Below are positions 52,691 to 57,852 of a stretch of DNA of 57,852 nucleotides, one piece after another. A model generated the notes under the pieces. It ran no database searches, was not told the origin of the DNA, and saw only the letters and a list, made by a program, of their open reading frames with translations. Numbering within the stretch: position 1 is the first letter of the stretch; each line of letters starts with the position of its first letter. The stretch is from positions 1 through 57,852 of the forward strand of contig DAORIL010000001.1 in NCBI GenBank assembly GCA_035438525.1, given 5' to 3'. Both the position numbers and the translations under genes were made by a program. The DNA comes from Pyrinomonadaceae bacterium. GTDB lineage: Bacteria; Acidobacteriota; Blastocatellia; Pyrinomonadales; Pyrinomonadaceae.

Positions 52691-52719
52691 ATTATAGGAT
52701 TTAGAAGGCTTTTAGTAAA
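52691..52719 (-). promoter_or_regulatory. Sigma-70-type promoter of the tRNA-like array
   Basis: On the minus strand: TTTACT (52719-52714), a 17-nt spacer, then TATAAT (52696-52691). The -10 element ends 6 nt before the first tRNA-like 5' end. Confidence 0.55.
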
Positions 52720-52743
52720 ATATAATTTAGCGATTTTAAATAA

Positions 52744-53133
52744 CTAAACTATCCTATTCCTTTCCATTGCAACTTCAGAAAAACTAAAACCCATCTTCTT
52801 CCAAAATCCATCGCTTCCGCGACCTGAGTGTAAAACCCAAGTGATATTTTTATCATCACCCATCAATCGTTCTACCAACTCGCGTCCGATTCCTTGTTGA
52901 CGAAAATCTTCGGCAACCGCCACTGTTCCAATATAACCGTTGGAAACATCATCGCACAAAGCACGCGCAAAACCGACAATTTTTTCTCCTTCAAAAGCAA
53001 CAATTGTCCGACTCGCGTTTCCCATCATTTTGCGAAATTTTTCGGCATCAGCAACCCGTTTTTTCCAGCCATTTTCGGCTAAAAATTGTCGGATTACTTC
53101 GTAATCATTTGGCTTGGCTGGTCTGAACTCCAT
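52744..53133 (-). CDS. GNAT-family N-acetyltransferase
   Basis: The acetyl-CoA motif A is VAVAEDFRQQGIGRELVERL. Size is about 129 aa from the ATG at 53133. Confidence 0.75.
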   Translation of the reverse strand: MEFRPAKPNDYEVIRQFLAENGWKKRVADAEKFRKMMGNASRTIVAFEGEKIVGFARALCDDVSNGYIGTVAVAEDFRQQGIGRELVERLMGDDKNITWVLHSGRGSDGFWKKMGFSFSEVAMERNRIV

Positions 53134-53170
53134 TTTGTTAAATCTTCCAAGACTGCTAGGATTATTTTCT

Positions 53171-54472
53171 ATGAAACGTCTTTTTATTCTACTTATTTTT
53201 GCCTTATCTTTCACTTTGGTAGAGGCACAAACTTTAACTTTTGATGTTTTGCAATACGATGCTCAAGTCGAACCCGATATTTCAAACAAATCTGTCAAAG
53301 GAAAAGTTACCGTAATTTTCAAATCTATGACCAATAATTTAGCGGAAATAAAGCTGAATGCAGGAAGTTTGGAAATTGACAAGGTTAGCGAAAATGACGT
53401 TGCGATAAAATTTGAAAAACAACCGAATTTACTGATAATTACGCTCACAAAACCCGCTAAATTAAACGAAAAACGCACTATCGAAATTGAATATCACGGC
53501 ATTCCAAAATTCGGCGTTCGCTTCTTTCCCGAACAAAATCAAGTCTATACAATTTTTTCCACCAGCCAATGGATGCCGTGTGTCGATGCACCCGAAGACC
53601 GCGCTAAATTTCGTCTGGAATTAGTCTTGCCGAAAGATTTACAGGTTGTCGGTAACGGCGAATTCATTAAACAAACTAAACTTTCAAACGGAAAAACATC
53701 TTCTGTTTGGGAACAGAAAAACGAAAACCCGACGTATCTTTATGGTTTTGCGGCTGGAAAATTTCGTGAAGTGATTGAGAATTATAAAGGAGTTAAACTT
53801 CGTTATCTTGCGCCGGCTTCCTTTTCCGAAACAGAAGTTAAACAAATTTTTCGGGAAACTAAAAATATAATAGATTTTTTTGAAAGCAAAGCAGGCGTCA
53901 AATATGCTAATAAAACATACACGCAGGTTTTGCCGATAAAAAATGCCGAACAGGAAATGTCAAGTTTTACGGTTCTAAGAGAAGATTATGGAAATAGAGT
54001 TTTGAAAGACGAAAAGGATATTTGGCTTGGGATTCACGAATTCTCCCATCAATGGTGGGGCAATATGGTCACCAATAAAGACTGGACACATTTTTGGTTA
54101 AATGAAGGAATTACGAATTTTATGACCGCTGCTTATATCGAAAATCGTTTCGGGCGCGACGCGTATCTGAAAGAAATCAGCGACTATAAAATCTCATATG
54201 AAAAAGTCCGTGATGCGGGAAAAGATAAACCGCTTGTTTTTCCTGATTGGAATAAACCGACCAGAGAAGATCGAACTTTAGTTTATGACAAAGGTGCTTA
54301 TGTTACGCACCTGTTGCGCGAGGATTTGGGCGAAGAAAAGTTTTGGCAGTCGTTGAAAGATTACACCCAAAAATATTGGGGAAAATCTGTCACGACCAAA
54401 GATTTTCAGTCGTCATTTGAAAAATCAAGTGGAAGAGATTTGTCAGAATTTTTCAAAAAGTGGATTTATTAA
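53171..54472 (+). CDS. M1-family (gluzincin) aminopeptidase, secreted
   Basis: HEFSHQWWGN...WLNEG is the HExxH-x18-E motif. The signal peptide MKRLFILLIFALSFTLVEA starts at the ATG at 53171. Confidence 0.85.
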   Translation: MKRLFILLIFALSFTLVEAQTLTFDVLQYDAQVEPDISNKSVKGKVTVIFKSMTNNLAEIKLNAGSLEIDKVSENDVAIKFEKQPNLLIITLTKPAKLNEKRTIEIEYHGIPKFGVRFFPEQNQVYTIFSTSQWMPCVDAPEDRAKFRLELVLPKDLQVVGNGEFIKQTKLSNGKTSSVWEQKNENPTYLYGFAAGKFREVIENYKGVKLRYLAPASFSETEVKQIFRETKNIIDFFESKAGVKYANKTYTQVLPIKNAEQEMSSFTVLREDYGNRVLKDEKDIWLGIHEFSHQWWGNMVTNKDWTHFWLNEGITNFMTAAYIENRFGRDAYLKEISDYKISYEKVRDAGKDKPLVFPDWNKPTREDRTLVYDKGAYVTHLLREDLGEEKFWQSLKDYTQKYWGKSVTTKDFQSSFEKSSGRDLSEFFKKWIY

Positions 54473-54478
54473 AGGTAA

Positions 54479-54519
54479 GGCAGAAGGAATTCAAAAAATC
54501 CGTGCTTCTGCCTTTTTTT
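54479..54519. terminator. Hairpin terminator between the M1 peptidase gene and convergent dapA
   Basis: GGCAGAAG (54479-86) pairs with CTTCTGCC (54505-12). TTTTTTT follows. Confidence 0.7.
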
Positions 54520-54522
54520 GAT

Positions 54523-55419
54523 TTATTTTAATTCTTTCAAAATTTCTTTCAACTTCATTTGCGTTGGTTCAGTAATCGGAACTAAAGGCAAGCGTAGATT
54601 TTCTTCCAATAACCCCATTTCTTTCATCACAAATTTACACGGTGCAGGCGAGGCTTCGATAAAGTTTGCTTCCATCAGCGGCAAAATTTTGTAGTGAATT
54701 TTTCTTGCGGCAGTCCACGCTCCGTCTAAGGCTTTTTCGACCATTTTTGAGGTTAGATCAGGAATTTCGTTTGAACAAACCGAAACCAGTCCATCTGCAC
54801 CAACGGAGATCAGAGGTAAAGTTGTCGCATCATCGCCGGAAAAAACGGCAAAATGTTTTGGGCGATTTGCCAAAATTTCCATAATTTGCGAAAAATTGCC
54901 CGAGGCTTCTTTGATGGCGACAATATTTTCGTGAGTTTCGGCTAATCTTAAAGTTGTTGCTGCCGAAAGGTTTGACGAAGTTCTGCCCGGCACATTGTAG
55001 AGCATAATCGGGAATTTTTTGACAGATTTAGCGATTTCGGAAAAATGGGCAAACATTCCTTCCTGTGTTGGTTTGTTGTAATACGGAGCAACAACCAATG
55101 CGCCGTCTGCGCCTAATTCACGGGCTTTTCGGGTGTATTCAATAGCTGAAGCGGTATTGTTACTGCCTGTTCCGGCAATTACTTTTCCCTTATTTTTTTT
55201 GGCAACCTCAATTGCCATCGAAATAACGTGAATATCTTCGTCATGTGACATCGTCGCGCTTTCGCCGGTTGTTCCGCACGGAATCACGATCTTGACACCG
55301 TTTTTTATTTGCCGTTCGACCAGTTTTTTGAAGCATTCATCATCAATCGAACCGTCTTTTCTAAAAGGTGTCACCAGCGCAGTCGCGCAACCGCGCATCC
55401 AATCTAATTTAATCGTCAT
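54523..55419 (-). CDS. dapA: 4-hydroxy-tetrahydrodipicolinate synthase
   Basis: ALVTPF, GTTGES, YNKP and YNVPGRT are present, and the Schiff-base lysine context reads VAIKEASG; 298 aa. Confidence 0.9.
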   Translation of the reverse strand: MTIKLDWMRGCATALVTPFRKDGSIDDECFKKLVERQIKNGVKIVIPCGTTGESATMSHDEDIHVISMAIEVAKKNKGKVIAGTGSNNTASAIEYTRKARELGADGALVVAPYYNKPTQEGMFAHFSEIAKSVKKFPIMLYNVPGRTSSNLSAATTLRLAETHENIVAIKEASGNFSQIMEILANRPKHFAVFSGDDATTLPLISVGADGLVSVCSNEIPDLTSKMVEKALDGAWTAARKIHYKILPLMEANFIEASPAPCKFVMKEMGLLEENLRLPLVPITEPTQMKLKEILKELK

Positions 55420-55610
55420 AACTAATACTTTTTACTCCAACAAGAAACGCTTATTGTAACGCAAATTTCAGAGTTGGCGAAATGTGGCTGAAAAGTTTTT
55501 TAAAAAAGCGAAAAGTTGCAAGTTTTGTTCGAAAAATCATTCAATAAATTTGGAACAAAGTTTGTTCCGGTTTATGGTAAATTTATCTAAATTTATCAAG
55601 GAGTAATTTA

Positions 55611-56345
55611 GTGAAAACCAAATTTATTTTATTAACCGCATTTATTTTTATATTTACAGTTTTTGCCAATGCTCAATCTTCGCTGGTGGGGGAGTGGCAA
55701 CTCGTTTCGATTACTGATGCAAAGATGGGCGATGTCGCGCTTGATAGTGCAAGCACTATAACTTTTGAAAAAAACAGATTTTACGGAACAGTCTGCAACA
55801 ATTTTGGCGGAAACTATTCGATAGTCAAAAATAAACTGAAAACATCGCAGGTTCGCACAACTCTGATGGCTTGCCAAGATATGGAAACCGAAAGATTGGT
55901 AACTTCAGTTTTTGATAAAACAACATATTTTTCTGTAAAAAATAATATTTTGACGCTAACCGACGCAAAAAAGAAAATAACTTTGCAGTTGGAAAGAGTT
56001 AAAAAAGAAAAGGCAAGTTTAATCGGCAGGTGGCAACTGAATTCTTTTGAATCGGATAAGAAAGTTTTCAGTTGGACAAATGAAGTTTCCTTAAACATCG
56101 AAAAAGACAAAATCGGCGGCAACGGTGATTGTAATTCATATGGCGGAAATATTGCAATGAAAGGGAATACGGTTAAGTTTTCCAACATCTTTTCAACCAA
56201 AATGTTTTGCGAAGGCTCAATCGAAAATCAATATTTTGCGGCGTTGGAAAAAGTTGTGAATTTTGCACTCAAAAATGATCAATTGATTTTGACCGATAAA
56301 ACAAAACAAACCGTTTTGATATTCGACAAAGTGATTAATGGTTAA
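55611..56345 (+). CDS. Secreted protein with two META (HslJ-like) domains
   Basis: The unit L.G.W.L.S... NxxGGNY/ CNSYGGN ... M.C is duplicated. The GTG start at 55611 follows AAGGAG. Confidence 0.65.
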   Translation: MKTKFILLTAFIFIFTVFANAQSSLVGEWQLVSITDAKMGDVALDSASTITFEKNRFYGTVCNNFGGNYSIVKNKLKTSQVRTTLMACQDMETERLVTSVFDKTTYFSVKNNILTLTDAKKKITLQLERVKKEKASLIGRWQLNSFESDKKVFSWTNEVSLNIEKDKIGGNGDCNSYGGNIAMKGNTVKFSNIFSTKMFCEGSIENQYFAALEKVVNFALKNDQLILTDKTKQTVLIFDKVING

Positions 56346-56351
56346 AGTAAA

Positions 56352-56975
56352 ATGGTTAAAGTAAAAGGTAAAAAGGAATGGGGAAAGCTCTGGTTACTAG
56401 TTTTATCGGCTTTACTTTTTTCTTGCACGCCTCAAAATCAACCCAATCAAAACTCAACTAATTCGGACAATAAATCCATCATTATCGCCGATAAATTTGC
56501 GTATCCAATTAGCAAAAATGAATATGTGACCGAAGCCAAAGATGCAAAAGATGAGTGGTATAATGCGACAAATTTTGGTGAGACAAATCATCTTGGCGAA
56601 GACTGGAACAAAAATTCGGGCGGAAATACCGATTGCGGTGAGCCTGTTTATGCGATTGGAAACGGAACAATTGTTTATGCCGAATATGCGGGAGTTGGTT
56701 GGGGAAATGTCGTGATTATTGAACATACTTTGCCCGATGGTAAAAAAGTCGAATCACTTTACGGACATTTATTGGAAATTTTGAAGAAGTCAGGCGAAGT
56801 TAAAAAGCGTGAGCAAATCGCCAAAGTCGGCAATGCAGACGGTAAATATTTATGTCATTTGCATTTAGAAATCCGAGACGAAACTTGCCCAATGTGGCAC
56901 GCAGTCGGCGGCGGTTATTCGGGCGAGCGAAATGGCTGGCTTGATCCGTCGGAATTTATTGATAAGCATCGTTAG
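56352..56975 (+). CDS. M23-family peptidoglycan endopeptidase (lipoprotein)
   Basis: HLGEDW, YGHL and CHLHLEIR are M23 zinc ligands. The lipobox is LLFSC. Confidence 0.85.
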   Translation: MVKVKGKKEWGKLWLLVLSALLFSCTPQNQPNQNSTNSDNKSIIIADKFAYPISKNEYVTEAKDAKDEWYNATNFGETNHLGEDWNKNSGGNTDCGEPVYAIGNGTIVYAEYAGVGWGNVVIIEHTLPDGKKVESLYGHLLEILKKSGEVKKREQIAKVGNADGKYLCHLHLEIRDETCPMWHAVGGGYSGERNGWLDPSEFIDKHR

Positions 56976-57019
56976 AAATAGAGGGAATCATTAGTTTTGC
57001 TCATTACTAAAAATTTCGT

Positions 57020-57430
57020 CTAAATTTCTCGTGCGCCTTGTAAAACGAGGACAATTGTTGCGATAGCAACCTCTTCACGATAGAAAACCAAATAATTGTC
57101 TTCGGGAAAATTACGTGAATTTTCTTTTAACTTTGGTCGTTCGTCTCTTATTTTCGGGTTACCTACCGATATCTCAAAACGGTTTGATAAGGGCTCGCTA
57201 AAAAGCGTTGGAGACTTCTAAATTGTTAACAGTGATAAATTGCAGAATTTCATTAAAATCTTTTCTGCTGAGGCGGAATGAGGTAATTAACCATTTTGCT
57301 TCTTCATTTTGAGCAAAATCCTTATTCTCCGCCATTACTTCGCGTCTGTCTCTAAATCGTCTGCTTCAGGGTTAGCTATACTTTTTTGAATTTCCTTGCG
57401 TAATATTTCTAATTTTAATTCAAGGTATTT
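57020..57430 (-). pseudogene. Decayed ParD/ParE-like toxin-antitoxin locus
   Basis: By-eye translation of the minus strand gives an N-terminally truncated antitoxin fragment ...LELKLEILRKEIQKSIANPEAGRF...QNG* (57430-57287). The ParE-like toxin is split over two frames: ..LITSFRLSRKDFNEILQFITVNNLEVSNAF* and then ..LFSEPLSNRFEISVGNP...EDNYLVFYREEVAIATIVLVLQGAREI*. The track has no ORF of 60 aa or longer here. Confidence 0.45.
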
Positions 57431-57460
57431 TTATAAACATTGTTGGACCATTGTGAATGG

Positions 57461-57852
57461 TTATTTTCTTACCATACCCGATCCATCGACCGACACAAAG
57501 CGTCCATTACTGTCAACATTAACCGTCATTGTGTCGCGCGCGCTCCAGTAAGATAAGTTAGCGAACTGAAATACATGGGGACGCACAGTGAGCTTCCCGT
57601 TCTTAACAACAGTCTTAGTGTTGGAAAAACCTGAAATGATGCCTTCTTCAAAACGCCCGACAGGAACGAAGTTGCCAAGGTTAAAGCCGGACATTCCCAT
57701 CCCGCCTCGTGATTCGAACATGGCCCCATCGTAAACATAACCGTCAATGTGATATTTTTTTTCTCCGACACTACCTTCACCTCTTTCCTTTTTCCATTCA
57801 ATATAGGGATCAATACCCCACTCGGGCACGGAAAAGCCAAGATGGAGAGTTT
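57461..57852 (-). CDS. C-terminal part of a larger hypothetical protein (frame open to the window end)
   Basis: The frame is open from 57852 (..TLHLGFSVPEWGIDPYIEW...SVDGSGMVRK*). The region looks more GC-rich than its neighbours by eye. No motif was recognised. Confidence 0.45.
   Translation of the reverse strand, partial: TLHLGFSVPEWGIDPYIEWKKERGEGSVGEKKYHIDGYVYDGAMFESRGGMGMSGFNLGNFVPVGRFEEGIISGFSNTKTVVKNGKLTVRPHVFQFANLSYWSARDTMTVNVDSNGRFVSVDGSGMVRK

Overview
AT-rich chromosomal segment of about 58 kb. The protein content looks Acidobacteria-like (Ser/Thr kinase plus Acidobacterial-type VWA protein, PEP-CTERM/exosortase pair); this is inference only. The backbone is housekeeping: hrcA-grpE-dnaK, trpE, recX, aroA-aroK, xseA, trpF, trpB, purB, purS-purQ, dapD, dapA, and M1 and M23 peptidases. 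Several accessory or unusual elements lie between these genes.

(1) Three tandem, AT-rich tRNA-like genes have 8-bp acceptor stems (equivalently G-1:C73). They have their own promoter and end 9 nt before a Shine-Dalgarno-less operon encoding a zinc-ribbon SDR and an RNI-type LRR protein.

(2) Two intact type II toxin-antitoxin cassettes are each flanked by a long direct repeat that duplicates the first codons of a host gene (xseA: 45 bp, perfect; trpB: about 55 bp, diverged). A third TA locus is decayed.

(3) A secreted VWA protein is fused in frame, with no stop or usable start between the parts, to a PD-(D/E)xK restriction-endonuclease-like domain. It lies next to a Dam-family methyltransferase and is translationally coupled to a Ser/Thr kinase.

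(4) Intergenic inverted repeats whose arms are built from degenerate heptanucleotide tandem repeats are pervasive. The same heptamer tracts also encode N-terminal signal peptides.

(5) An IS200/RAYT-type tyrosine transposase is flanked by inverted REP hairpins, and a related REP cluster sits inside a 390-bp palindrome at 25.4 kb.

(6) A 10-kb same-strand cluster (PHP phosphoesterase, two GT4 glycosyltransferases, FtsX permease, btaA-btaB) looks like a phosphorus-free membrane-lipid island.

(7) A dedicated exosortase plus VIT/VWA PEP-CTERM substrate pair is also present.

All folds, alignments and homology calls were made by eye from the sequence. No database or program was run.
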